DNA of 64,000 nucleotides from Paraspadella gotoi (taxonomy: Eukaryota; Animalia; Chaetognatha). This document shows positions 25,451-39,330 of the stretch, piece by piece (within the stretch, counting starts at the first letter, position 1; the number at the start of each line of letters is the position of its first letter). The stretch is taken from positions 9,606,968 through 9,670,967 of the forward strand of contig CM119264.1 of the NCBI GenBank assembly GCA_051294375.1, read 5' to 3'. The position numbers and the translations under genes are program-made. The notes beneath the pieces are model-generated. The model saw only the letters and a program-made list of their open reading frames with translations, ran no database searches and had not been told where the DNA came from.

Positions 25451-28077
25451 AAACGCCATGGGACTCACTAAACAAAGATTAGTGTAGGGATTGATATAAA
25501 AACCGTCTCAAAGATAAAAACCCTGAGGCGAGAGGAAGACCAACAGTCGGTGGAGTAGTTTTCAATGGCGCCTCTCATCTCTGTACTCCTCGCTTAACCT
25601 ATACATTGTCTTCTCAACGCTTCTCTATGGCCCATCTCTTCTACAATCTCTCTCTCTCTCTCTCTCCGGTAAATACTCTTCTTCTAAAATTCTCTCTTCT
25701 TCCCTTGGGGTCTCTGGATCTTTACGTCTCTCTCTCCCTCAATTACCAAATGGATCTCTCTCTCTCTCTCTCTCCTAGTCCCCTCTCTCCCTTTCCCTCT
25801 CTCACTTTTCCCTCCTCATCCATTATTTCGACACCAGCCGGCAATAAACAAATCTTTCTTTTTCTTTCTCTTTTTCATCTTGATTCCGTCTCTTCTCCGA
25901 TTCATAATCCATCTTAATAATCGTCTCTTGTCCTTTTTTTCTCCTTTGCTCACTCTCGTTCTCAATGTTTACCATTTTTACTCATACCATAATTACGTAT
26001 TGTCATTTAGTGTTACATTCTGGCAACTCTCGTGAAGAGTCTGTATCGTTGTTACAATATCACCAATTTCCCTCTGATGATACATTTTCTTCTCTGCTCC
26101 ATCTTTTACGTTGTTATATTTCTACTTTTCGCAAAAACTTTTTGACAATTTTTACATAAAAAGTGGTTCGTTTAAAAAAAAAAAACTACCATAATTATAC
26201 TCTACATTAAACTAAATACATACATGATAGTTCAGGAATACCGATCCGTTTGTAAACATTTCCTGATCATCAACTTAATTACATTTCTCGATCGACCGAC
26301 CGAACACAAATAAAACAAAACATTCATTCGTTACTCCATCTTTCCGCGACGAACGACAATTCATTACCATCGGGAAACCAAAGCGAATCAGAATCAACGC
26401 GCGCAGCTTTGGTCGAACTCAACGAATCGGAAAAGATTAATGAGGGCGNNNNNNNNNNNNNNNNNNNNNNNNNNNNNNNNNNNNNNNNNNNNNNNNNNNN
26501 NNNNNNNNNNNNNNNNNNNNNGGGCTGCTCTTCTTCCGCTACGACGAAGAGATTCCGACGCTCGACCCAAAATCGCCGTCTGCCAGCGGAAACCGTCTGT
26601 AACCGGAACTCCGGAGATTCCTTTCAGATCATCTCCCCCTCTTCGATGCGGAACGACGGGTTTTTTTTTAAGGGGGGGGAGGAAAAAAACGAAAACGAAA
26701 ACGACGACGACAAGCGGGACGAAAACAACGACAAAGCGTGGTCGACGTCCCCATAGATAGTAAGACAGCGAGATGACAAAGACAAACAAAATAAAACGAA
26801 GATGACAAAACTACGACGACGGTTAAGACGAAAAGGCCGACGATGACGACGATGACGACGACAACGAGGACAACGACGACGACCTTCCCTTTGACCATTG
26901 TTTCCGAACGATTTTCCCGAGGCACCTGGCGACGTTTAGCGGCGTTATCGGCTCCCCTCGCCGGCGCCGTAGCACCTCGCCGGCCTCGGGTGCCGAAGAG
27001 TCGAGTTGGCAATTCCATTATTGCGGTTCGCCTTTCCTCATATGGCCAGACCCGCGGAGAGGAGGTCACCGCTTTTATTTGACCTTTCATCGCGCCTCCG
27101 AAGACCCTTCCTTCGACCCCGGGATGACCCTTTACCGGGGAGGAGGTAAGGAAGGTAGTGGAGAAGGAGCAGACGCGTCGATGCGCGTCGAACGGACATT
27201 GAGATCTGTGTGTATCTCGATCCTTCTTGGGAACTTCAATCACTGCTAATCTTTATTGCGCTGGTTGAGGACAGGATTCATTCTACGATATTCCGCTTTT
27301 GCATGCGCACATCAATTGAATCATTGACTAATATTTTTTTTATAATTTTAATATATAATATTTGTCTAAAACTTAAATTTACAGTCAGACTTTTGTATAA
27401 TTTACTCTGAGTTCTCTCTCCGACTTAATCCTATGAGATCTTCCCCCCCTAAGCTTCGCCTTCACCCCAGCCCCACCCGCCACCACATACTCTTCTGGCC
27501 AGTGCCCACTTTCGGCAGGGAGCTTAACGCATATGTTCCACACGTGACGAGTTGTCTCACGTTTTTCGTCTCGAGAAAAAAGAACAAAATCACACGCTCG
27601 TTTCTTCGCTGTAAGCGCCGGCCAAGGATTTTGTCTTGGAAAAATAAAATTTTAAAAATATATTCATAAATAATTTTATAATACGAAAATTGACATAGTT
27701 TGTATCATCTTAGTTTATTGTCCTTCGAATTGCATTCATTCTTTTATCTTAAGACTAAGAGAAGTTTTTTTATTTGGATTTCTGTAATCATCATGAATTC
27801 TTTCAATACAATTACAAAATATATATAAAAGGACAAATAATTATTTTTTAGTTAATTTTCATTCAATATTGTTGTTTATCTTAAAAAATAGTTATTTTTC
27901 TGTGTCAATATTATTCCGTTCCAAATCATTCGCTTCCCCTTAAAAAGTTTGGAAGTGGAAAAACGCGTGAAATTATTTCGTTCCTTTAATGAAGTTTTTT
28001 ACGTCCTTTCAGAAACGTCTTAATGTGTTTTTCCTTTTAAAGAGTCCTTGATTAATGGTTTAGAAGCTTGTTTCAAA

Positions 28078-28180
<103 letters not shown>

Positions 28181-28294
28181 GCGATTTAACAGAACCCAAG
28201 CGTCTCTTTCTTTCAGTAAATAAGTCCACTCGTTGAGACGAGCGTTGTTTGTCTAAACGAAATAGAATTTTCTCGGTTTTTCTCCATTTTCATG

Positions 28295-30662
28295 CAAATT
28301 GGCTGAATCGATAAAACGGGCCGTCGTCAATGTTTCCACATCGAGTTGTATAAAACGACCCCATCTGTCGCAAGGTCACCGCGACACCGTTTGCGGGCGA
28401 CGGAATTAAAAAAAAACAAAAAAAAACTGGGCTACTTATTTACGCCGACTGCACCACGTTTTTTAGCATAACGCTTACTGAACCGCCAGAACAAACTGTT
28501 TAGTACAACATCAACAACAGCCACAGCAAAGACGACATTGACGCAGCAAACTTAGAAAGGATAAAAGGGATAAAAGGAGGATTTCACTGACACCAATTTT
28601 CTCACCTACGACCAGCGTCGACGTCACCGCTTCTTTTGCTCGTCTTCCTCACTTTACTTTCCTCTTTTCTTCTCTTATTTTTTTTCTTTTACTTAAAACA
28701 TCTCCCTCACTTTTTTTTCCCTTCCTTTTATTTTCATTTCCTCCCTTTTCTTTTTGACTCGGAGTATTCTTCCTCACTTTACTCCCTTTTCTTTCTTTTT
28801 TTTTATTTTTCTTTTCAACTCCGTTCATCTTCCTCGATTTCCTGTGTTTTTCTTCCCCCTCCTTTTTTTCTCCCAATTTTTTTTCCTTCTTTCCTTTTAG
28901 ACTGTGCATTTTCTTTGCCACAGTTTTGACGGAATTAATGGGGCGGGGTTGCGAAGCGACTCGACATTCGTGCGACCGTTTTAATTAAATTCGTGAATTC
29001 GAAAATATCCAAACTCGTTAATTGGCAACTTAATTTTTAAGTTTCGGAATTTCTCACAAATATTGAATCGACTCTTATTCTGTCTCTCTTTTTCAGATCA
29101 TTTTATCTTTCTCTCTCTCTCACTCGGGTTGTACGACGACAACGATGACATCGACGAGGATGTCACCAAAAGCCGCGAGAACGAAACGAACGAACGGAAA
29201 GGGTTTGGCGAAACGATTGGGGCTCAATAAAAGAAGAAGGAGCCCACTTGGGCGGTCGGGGCGCCCAACGGTTGTAAAGGGGCCCGTCAAGATGAACATT
29301 TTCGCCCAGTCGTCAGCGACGGAAAAGTTTTCAAAAACTTCAGGAAACGTTGACTGTCCCACGGAAATCTCTGTCAACTCTCCGAGTCAGTTCACCATCA
29401 TTTCTCCCAAAGAGTTTTCACTCGGATTTCCTGGCCTAATTACCCGAGACTCTCTCACCGAATTTTTTGCCAACTCTTTCGCCAAAATAGCAGGAGAACC
29501 AATGATTAATTTTTTTCTCTATTCCACCTTCGAACCTCTAGTCAATTTTTATCNNNNNNNNNNNNNNNNNNNNNNNNNNNNNNNNNNNNNNNNNNNNNNN
29601 NNNNNNNNNNNNNNNNNNNNNNNNNNNNNNNNNNNNNNNNNNNNNNNNNNNNNNNNNNNNNNNNNNNNNNNNNNNNNNNNNNNNNNNNNNNNNNNNNNNN
29701 NNNNNNNNNNNNNNNNNNNNNNNNNNNNNNNNNNNNNNNNNNNNNNNNNNNNNNNNNNNNNNNNNNNNNNNNNNNNNNNNNNNNNNNNNNNNNNNNNNNN
29801 NNNNNNNNNNNNNNNNNNNNNNNNNNNNNNNNNNNNNNNNNNNNNNNNNNNNNNNNNNNNNNGGAGAAAAGAAAACGAGGCGCGGAGGTGTTAAAACGAC
29901 GACGACGACGACCGAGTTGCGGACGAAGACGACGACGATAAATACGGCGCCGGAAAGCCAACCGACGCCGAGACCGGAAAGGGCGCCGCCAAGGACGATT
30001 TCGGTGCCGGGAGAGTCACGCGGAGAAAAAAAAGGCTGGATTTGGCGTCAACATTGCGGAGCATTTCATCGACAAATCCAAGATGGAGGAGGATTAGGAG
30101 GANNNNNNNNNNNNNNNNNNNNNNNNNNNNNNNNNNNNNNNNNNNNNNNNNNNNNNNNNNNNNNNNNNNNNNNNNNNNNNNNNNNNNNNNNNNNNNNNNN
30201 NNNNNNNNNNNNNNNNNNNNNNNNNNNNNNNNNNNNNNNNNNNNNNNNNNNNNNNNNNNNNNNNNNNNNNNNNNNNNNNNNNNNNNNNNNNNNGAAAGTT
30301 TTGTTTTATGTACTATGTATCTATCTATTTCAATTTATCTATCAAATATTTCGTTTAGCGATGGTGCTTTTTAATCATAACTCATTTCTAAAAGGTGAGC
30401 AAAAGAATTGGCAAGGAGAAGAGAAAAAATTATCAGAAAAAATGAAAATATAGATTTTTTTTCACCTCTAACCTAATTACCCTTTACAAAGTCAAAAGCT
30501 CCATTGTTACTCATCGGTAGTCGCTTCCAGCGTTACTTAATTCATTCATTTTCCCGTTCATTCTTTGCTTTCATCCATTCATCCATTCTTTGACACTTTC
30601 CCCTTCGAACCTCGATCTCACTTCCTAAATCAAATTCAATCTGCCCACATTTTGGGCTTTCG

Positions 30663-30697
<35 letters not shown>

Positions 30698-31379
30698 NNN
30701 NNNNNNNNNNNNNNNNNNNNNNNNNNNNNNNNNNNNNNNNNNNNNNNNNNNNNNNNNNNNNNNNNNNNNNNNNNNNNNNNNNNNNNNNNNNNNNNNNNNN
30801 NNNNNNNNNNNNNNNNNNNNNNNNNNNNNNNNNNNNNNNNNNNNCCACCAAGAGGCGCCCCCCGCCTGGAGGGGGATCTGTCTTTGTCATAACCTCATCC
30901 ATCTCACTTACGTCTGCACCTTTAGCCGCCCATTGTTCGCTTCTTGCACTTTCTCTCCCTTTTTGCTTTTCGCTTTTCGCTTTTCGCTTTTGGCTGTCTT
31001 TGGGTGACTCCCGTCTCGATCTTCCCTCTTTCTTTCGCTTTCATCGATCCAAGTAGATTTTTTCTACTTTTCTTTACATAAAACATAAACCATTTTTGTG
31101 GACAGATAGTTCAAATTTGAATTCTTTTCGTCGCTTCTCTACTGAATATGGCCTAAAATTAACTAACCTTATTTTACTTGGGCTTCTATTTTTGCGATTC
31201 TTATTTTAAATTGATTCACTTTGTCAATTAGTTGTCTCNNNNNNNNNNNNNNNNNNNNNNNNNCCAAATTGGCTGTATCGATAAAACGGGCCGTCGTCAA
31301 TGTTTCCACATCGGGAGTTGTATAAAACGACCCCATCTGTTCGCATAAGGTCACGGCGACACCGTTTGCGGGCGACGGG

Positions 31380-31410
<31 letters not shown>

Positions 31411-33744
31411 GGCTACTTATATTACGCCCGACTGCCACCACGTTTTTAGCATAACGCTTACTGAACCGCCAGAACAAACTGTTTAGATACACAATCAACA
31501 ACAGCCACAGCAAAGACGACATTGACGCCACCCCCCCGCAAGCAAACTTAGAAAGGATAAAAGGAGATAAAAGGATTTCACTGACACCAATTTTCTCACC
31601 TACGACCAGCGTTCGACGTCACCGCTTCTTTTGCTCGTCTTCCTCACTTTACTTTCCTCTTTTCTTCTCTTATTTTTTTTCTTTTACTTAAAACATCTCC
31701 CTCACTTTTTTTTTCCCTTCCTTTTATTTTCTATTTCCTCCCTCTTTCTTTTGACTCGGAGGTATTCTTCCTCACTTTACTCCCTTTCTTTCTTTTTTTT
31801 TTATTTTTTTTCAACTCCGTTCATCTTTCCTCGAATTTCCTGTTGTTTTTTCCCCTCCTTTTTTCTCCCAATTTTTTTTCCTTCTTTCCTTTTTTAGACT
31901 GTGCATTTTCTTTGCCACAGTTTTTGACGGAATTAATGGGCGGGGTTGCGAAGCGACTCGACCATTCGTGCGACCGTTTTAATTAATTGAATCGGAATTC
32001 GAAAATATCCAAACTCGTTAATTGGCAACTTAATTTTTAAGTTTCGGAATTTCTCACAAATATTCAATCGACTCTTATTCTGTCTCTCTTTTTCAGATCA
32101 TTTATCTTTCTCTCTCTCTCACTCGCGGGTTGTACGACGACAACGATGACATCGACGAGGATGTCACCCAAAAGCCGCGAGAACCGAAACGAACGAGCGG
32201 AAAGGGTTTGGCGAAACGATTGGCGCTCAATAAAAGAAGAAGGAGCCCACTTGGGCGGTCGGGCGCGCCGAACGGTTGTAAAGGGGCCGTCAAGATGAAA
32301 TTTTCGCCCAGTCGTCAGCGACGGAAAAGTTTTCAAAAACTTCAGGAAACGTTGACTGTCCCACGGAAATCTCTGTCAACTCTCCGAGTCAGTTCACCAT
32401 CCATTTTCTCCCAAAGAGTTTTCACTCGGATTCCTGGCCTATTATTACCCGAGACTCTCTCACCGAATTTTTTGCCAACTCTTTCGCCAAAAATAGCAGG
32501 AGAACCAATGATTAATTTTTTTCTCTATTCACCACCTTCGAACCTCTAGTCAATTTTTATCCCGACAAAACTTTTTATAAAATCCTTTAACATTCGATCT
32601 CTTCAAAATTAAATTCAAAATGTCGCGCAGTCTCCTTCACCGAGTGGTCCGTCGATGAATATAGATTAACTTGTCTCCTAAAACTCCATCTGGATTTCTC
32701 CACTAAATTTCTCGCTTTGACGCGCAATGTAAAAAATATTTTAACGTGGAAACAAATGAACGCGATTTATCTGCGAAATATGTTAAACCCCAACTCGAAA
32801 ACTCTTAACTTCCGAGTTGAAAAAAAGTCATTCGATCTCCAGCCAATATAAAATCTCAAATATCGATTGAAAATACCGGAAAAATCTTGAGGTGAAAAAT
32901 AAAAATCGACGATCGAGCCTCTCAAAAAAGAAAAAGATTTTTCAAAATTCTGCATCGGAAAATCTACGTCGCCGCTGGAAAGAGTCGATCAGACGACGTC
33001 GACGACTCGACGACATCTCCAGTCTGGTCTGCGCGAACATTTTCGACAGCCAAAGCTCGAGGACCCGCGAAAAAAATGGTCGCCCATCACGCGGAGAAAA
33101 GAAAACGAGGCGCGGAGGGTGTTAAAACGACGACTGACGACGACCGAGTGTGCAGACGAAGACGACGATAAATACGGCGCCGGAAAGCCAACCGACGCCG
33201 CGCGAGACCGGAAAAGGGCGCCGCCAAGGACGATTTCGGTGCCGGAGAGCACGCGGAGAAAAAAAGGCTGGATTTGGCGTCAACATGCGGAGCAATTTCA
33301 TCGACAAATCCAAGATGGAGGAGGATTAGGAGGAAGAGCATACGGAAAAGAAAAACTGGTAAGGGAAAGTTTTGTTTTATGTACTATGTATCTATCTATT
33401 TCAACTTTATCTATCAAATATTTCGTTTAGCGATGGTGCATTTTAATCATAACTCATTTCTAAAAGTGAGCAAAAAATTGGCAAGGAGAGAAGAGAAAAA
33501 AATTATTAAGAAAAAATGAAAATTATAGATTTTTTTTTTCACCTCTAACCTAATTAGCCTTTACAAAGTCAAAAGCCTCCATTTTACTCATTCCATTAGC
33601 GTTCCACTATTTCTTAATTCATTCATTTTCCCGTTCAATTCTTGCTTTCATCCATTCATCCATTCTTTGACACTTTCCCCTTCGAACCTCGATTCTCACT
33701 TCCTAAATCAAAATTTCAATCTGCCCACATTTTGGGCTGCTTCG

Positions 33745-33824
<80 letters not shown>

Positions 33825-34238
33825 ATACACAGCCACCAAGAGGCGCGCCCCCGCCTGGAGGGGGATCTGTGTCTTTGTTCATAACCTCATCCATCTCACT
33901 TACGTCTGCACCTTTAGCCCCGCCCATTGTTCGCTTCTTGCACTTTCTCTCCCTTTTTGCTTTTCGCCTTTTCGCTTTTCGCTCTTTGGCTGTCTTTTGG
34001 GTGTGACTCCCGTCTCGATCTTCCCTCTTTCTTTCGCTTTCATCGATCCAAGTAGATTTTTTCTACTTTTCTTTACATAAAACAAAACCATTTTTTGTGG
34101 ACAGATAGTTCAAATTTTGAATTCTTTTCGTCGCTTCTCTACTGAATATGGCCTAAAATTAACTAACCTATTTTACTTGGGCTTCTATTTTTGCGATTTC
34201 TTAATTAAATTGATTCACTTTGTCAATTTAGTTGTCTC
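28295..34238 (+). repeat. ~2.95 kb direct tandem duplication (28295-31238 vs 31264-34238) split by a 25-N gap
   Basis: Both copies start CAAATTGGCTG.ATCGATAAAACGGGCCGTCGTCAATG and end TTGATTCACTTTGTCAATT(T)AGTTGTCTC; they differ mainly by small indels. Confidence 0.95.
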
Positions 34239-35436
34239 TTTTTCTGCTGAGATCATTTTTAAATTCTCCTTGGCATTACCCTTTTTTTTTATTCTACTGT
34301 TTTCTGGGCCTTTTCGGACTGTAACACCCAATTAGACCGCATAATAATATGTTTAGACCCTTTCCCCTTTTTGATGATGTAAAATTGTTTGTAAAAAATT
34401 GATCTTTTGCATCATCTTTTTTGGCCAAAGATATTTAATTAGTTTAAAATATTAATAATTTATGTTGGGATCATCTCTTTTTTGGCCAAAGATATTTGAT
34501 TAGTTTAAATTAGAAAAAATTTCGAATTCTCTCTCCTAAAACAACTTTTCTGGCTCCCTGTTGTTTTCTTTTTTCTCCTTCACGTTTTATCTTCCAATCT
34601 CTCCTTCTTTCTTCCTATCTCTCTCTCTCTCTCCCATCTCCGTCCATCTCTGTTTTCCTCGCAATTTCCTTCCATTGTTCCGCCACCAATTTCCAATAGG
34701 AGGTTTTTCCTTTGTCTCCCTCAATTCCAAAGTCATTGCACCACAACGCTTGGTGCCTCCCCTCAGAGAAAGCCTTTCTGCTTCTAACTGCACCGTTTTC
34801 CCTCTCTCATTTTTTCTCGTGAGAACAGAATCGAGATTTGGCTTCGCTTACGTATCGAACCTAATTCCACACTAGTGCTTAAATCTATGATCAAAACGGC
34901 AGTATGAGTTTATAGGTAAATTTCTGATGGAATAGACAAGCAGTTCATAAAAGTTATTAATGAATGAATAAATATTTAGGACGTCTACGAGAACAAGTCA
35001 GGTTTCACTATTTAACAATCCTAACAAGAAAGATGAAAAATATTCACGAAGAAAATTCTGAAAATGATTCTTATTGAGCTTTCTTTTCATCTCAGAATTT
35101 GATAGCGTCATAAAATTCGACTCCTTTCTCGATACATTACTATAAAAAAGAATTTACTTTTCCCCTTTGTATTGGGTGGTTTACAACGCTGCCTCTTTCT
35201 TCCTTTTATCCTTGCGTGTTTACTCGCTTGCTTTTTTGCTTGCTTTCTTGCTTTTTTTGCTCTCTCTCCTTATCCTCCGGTCGTCAACCGCTGTTCTTTT
35301 GTTTCGTCGATTCAGACGAGTGGCGCGCGCGCGACGACGAATCGAAGAACATCATAACAAAAAGTTCACCGCAAAAAAAATGACGCGAAAATTTCTCGGA
35401 GAAGGAATTCCGTTTTTTTATGTCTTATTTTATTTC

Positions 35437-35487
<51 letters not shown>

Positions 35488-35678
35488 TCTTCTCTCTCTT
35501 CTCTCTCTCTCTCTCTCTCTCCTTCTCTCTCTCTCTCTCTGGCTCTTTCTCTGTATCTCTCTCTTCCTCTCTGTTCTCCCCTTCCTTCTTCCCACGGTAG
35601 ACGGCGCGTTCCGTATTATGCTTTCTTTCACGATTGAGAAAATAAAGCGAGGGAATGAGGAAAAGAGAGAGAGAAGAG

Positions 35679-35754
<76 letters not shown>

Positions 35755-36213
35755 CTTTTCTTTATTACATTTCGGGGACGGCGACCGTTGTTTATATCGG
35801 TAAGGCGCGCAGATAAACGATTGCCATAACCGCCTACGAAAAACGAGGCACCCGACTTAAATATTCCTTTTTCCATTTGCCCTGGCTCACTCTCTCCATT
35901 TTGACTCACTTTCTATATCTCTCTTTTCTTTTCTCAGTCAATCTCTGTATTTTTTTTTCTGTATTTCTGTTTTTGAACGCACAAATATTTTGATGTTAAA
36001 TGAAGCGATAAATTAAAAAAAATATCAATCTTTTTTTTAAATATTGATGAAATGTTTTTCTTTGGAATAACTACACATATTCCTACTCATCAGAATCAGA
36101 ATAGGATTAAATAGTATCAGTATCACTTTCTTTTCTCATGCATAATTAACATACTAATAGTAATACTCCCGATCCTCTCCTTATTCCTCCCTCCCCCTCT
36201 CTCTCTCTTACAG

Positions 36214-36334
36214 GCGCTCCCCCTCCCCTTCCTCCTCCTCTTCCTCCTCGGCTGCCTCGCTCCCGCTCGCTCTGCTCTCCAGGTGGTTCGAACCGTGGTT
36301 CCCTTGGGAAGCTCAGTCACTTTTCGATGCCTGG
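36214..36334 (+). CDS. Ig-superfamily cell-surface/secreted protein, exon A (signal peptide and Ig1 B-strand Cys)
   Basis: Polypyrimidine tract + CAG acceptor and GTGAGT donor; encodes ALPLPFLLLFLLGCLAPARSALQVVRTVVPLGSSVTFRCL(G). The ATG-containing exon was not located. Confidence 0.8.
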
Positions 36335-36965
36335 GTGAGTTAATGAAGCGAGAACGCCGGGGTAATGTCGAATGGGTAAGGAGGTGGTGGGGGTCTTGAG
36401 GGTGATTTGTGGGGAATCAGGCTTTGTCAAATGTCAGTTGTCGATAGTGCTATTCGTCGTTAGCATTGTAGGGATATAACAACGATATTGTTAACAAATT
36501 TTTAATTAAATGTATCATTAGGGACAAATGCGTGCCCTCGCGGGTTGAGTGATATTTTGGTGGGCCTGAAGCTTCGCGAGATTCTGCTGAACTCGAATGT
36601 AACGGTGTGCCAAAGAAAATGGAAAACGTTGAAAAAAAATTACAGGATTGTCATAAGAACGTCATAAGAACGTCACGAGGTGTAATAACGTGAAAAATTG
36701 GCCCGGGGGAAAAAAAATTTATGGAGGTGGAGAGGTTGACAAAGAAGGGGGGGGTGGATCGAGGCCGTGAAAAATTTGGTTTTCACGTCCTCGATGTGTG
36801 AGACGGGGATTGTGTTCGATAAAAGATCGATGATATATGTGCAGAATCAGAAAATGAATGCGAAGTGTGCATACGCGATGATCAGGATCCCCGAAGGGCG
36901 AAAACTGGAGATGAATATAATAAAATCTGTAGATGAATATAATAAAATCTGTTCGCAAAAGATTA

Positions 36966-37005
<40 letters not shown>

Positions 37006-38039
37006 CGACGGCGACGACGACCGCGACGATATCAGGGGAGACGATCTCTCTTAATTTTCCGGTTAATCGACGACGAAATAAGCGAAGAGGAGAACTTAAT
37101 CTGAAGACGAAAATCGATTCTCGTACTGCGGTGAGAAGTTTTGGGCATTAACATCTACTGCATCGACGGCATTGATGGCATTTGCAGAATTGAAGGTATT
37201 GACGTAATGGACGGCAGGAAGCACAACAATAGAGTTGGAACGGGCGACGAGGTTTCAATTTAATAAATTTACTAATATTTGTATCATGTATTTGTATCGC
37301 GAACGCCTATTCGTCATTGTCATTGACGATGAGTAAATATTTATGAAATTGGTACAACCAATATACAAATTATTCATTCATTTAATAAATAAGCTATCTT
37401 ACCCCCTGACTTTGGACAGGCTTTGGTGGTTTAAGGCCTCCATCACTCTTACAAGATAATAGCATAGCTGGTCCCCTGCAAGCCTTCAATCAAGACTATC
37501 TCACAGTCTCGTTTATTCACTCCCAGAGTACCTGGCTTCCTATCAATTAAGTGGTATAATATTTTCAAAGAATGTTCCAATTGTATGAAAAGATCACTCC
37601 CTTAAGTATTATATCGGGGAATACTTTATTGTACTCAGCACTCGCATAAAAATACAAGGAGCTGAATTTATTAAATTGGAATGTTAATTACGTAAGAAGA
37701 GACCAACCTTAATTCCAGCTGAAAAAGCAAAAACCAAAAAAAAAAAAAAAAACAGTAATGAATATTTCATAAAAATAAAAAAAGATGAAATAAAAGGACA
37801 GATAAAGGCTTATTACAAAATAAAATGGGAATAAATATGGTAAGACAAATAGAAGTAGATAGTAAAAAGGAAAAGAAAAGACTACGAAAAGAGGAAAGGA
37901 GATTTGAAGGAAAGAAAACGAGTCGTTCGAATCACTTGACGGAGGAAGCGAAGGAGGAAAGGAGGAGGCGGAGGAAGGAGAGCCAGCGAAATGGGGGTTA
38001 ATGAAGTGGGAGGGAGGCCGGGCTAATGGTATGAGACAT

Positions 38040-38605
38040 TTGAAAATAGACCCAATTTCACCCCGAAAAAAAGAGAGGAGAAAGACCCCATTGTTTGAAG
38101 GAACGAGACAGAAAATGGGTAGTATCTTGATCTTTGTATACTGATTTTCTTTTCGTCTGTGACTCATAGTATTTTCATCTTTCTGCAGTGCTGTGGTATT
38201 AAATCTATAAACTTTTCAACCTAACGTGGGCTTTTTAAGTCATTCTAAGGTTCTAGCTGCTCTAAAGCTCGCTTCTGATTGGTTAGTTGTAATCTTGGAG
38301 TGTTGTATATTAAGTGGAGTGGCAGGTCCTGCAGTACTGAAAAGGTTAATTATGGTCTATAATTGATAGTATTCTTGTGAAGAATGATACTAAGGTATAA
38401 TGATCCTTCACCTTCGAATAAGTGATAACATTCCGGCTTTCGGATCACATCTAGCTAGATACAGGCAGGACCGGTAGAATCGAACTTCTGGCACTCGATC
38501 CAAAGCTTGTTTACATTTTTATGGTCGACGCCTTCGAGTGAAACTCGGCGGCGGGGAGACGCGAAAAAATTTGGCCTCTTTTGTTTGCGCGTGCCTGGCT
38601 GCTTT

Positions 38606-38671
<66 letters not shown>

Positions 38672-38795
38672 CGTAGTTCTAAGAGAGTTGTCTGTATTTA
38701 CTCTTCTCTCTCTCCTCTTTCTCTCTCGTCTCTCCCTCTCTCCTCTCTCTCTCTTTATCGGACCTGCGGGNNNNNNNNNNNNNNNNNNNNNNNNN

Positions 38796-38845
<50 letters not shown>

Positions 38846-39330
38846 TCTCCTCTCTCTCTTTATCGGACCTTGCGGTTTTCTGTCTCGTTCCTTCAAAACA
38901 ATGGGGTCTTTCTCCTCTCTTTTTTTCGGGGTGAAATTGGGGTCTATTTTCAAAATTCTCTCTCAAGCAGCCAGGCACGCGCAAAACAAAAGAGGCCAAA
39001 TTTTTTCGCGGTCTCCCCTCGCGCCGAGTTTCACTCGAAGGCGTCGACCATAAAAAATGTAAACAAGCTTTGATCGATGCCGAAATTTTTTGGTCTCCTG
39101 TCGTAATGGCGACGGAATGTTTATACTTATTCGAGGTGAAGATATTATTTTTCTTTATATCAATTATACTGCCATAATTACCTTAGCTCATTAATATACA
39201 AAAATTAAACTCCATAGAGGAGCATTAGAGAGCTAAACCTTAATGATTTAAAAAGCGTTTTAACAACCTCAGAAGGAAATACATAGCTAAAGTGACAAAA
39301 AAAGTGTCAAGTTCAAGATACTACCCATTT
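38040..39330. repeat. Rearranged inverted duplication around the 25-N gap 38771-38795
   Basis: 38503-38604 is the reverse complement of 38965-39070; 38040-38114 of 38877-38954; AAATGGGTAGTATCTTGA (38113) of TCAAGATACTACCCATTT (39313). Confidence 0.9.
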
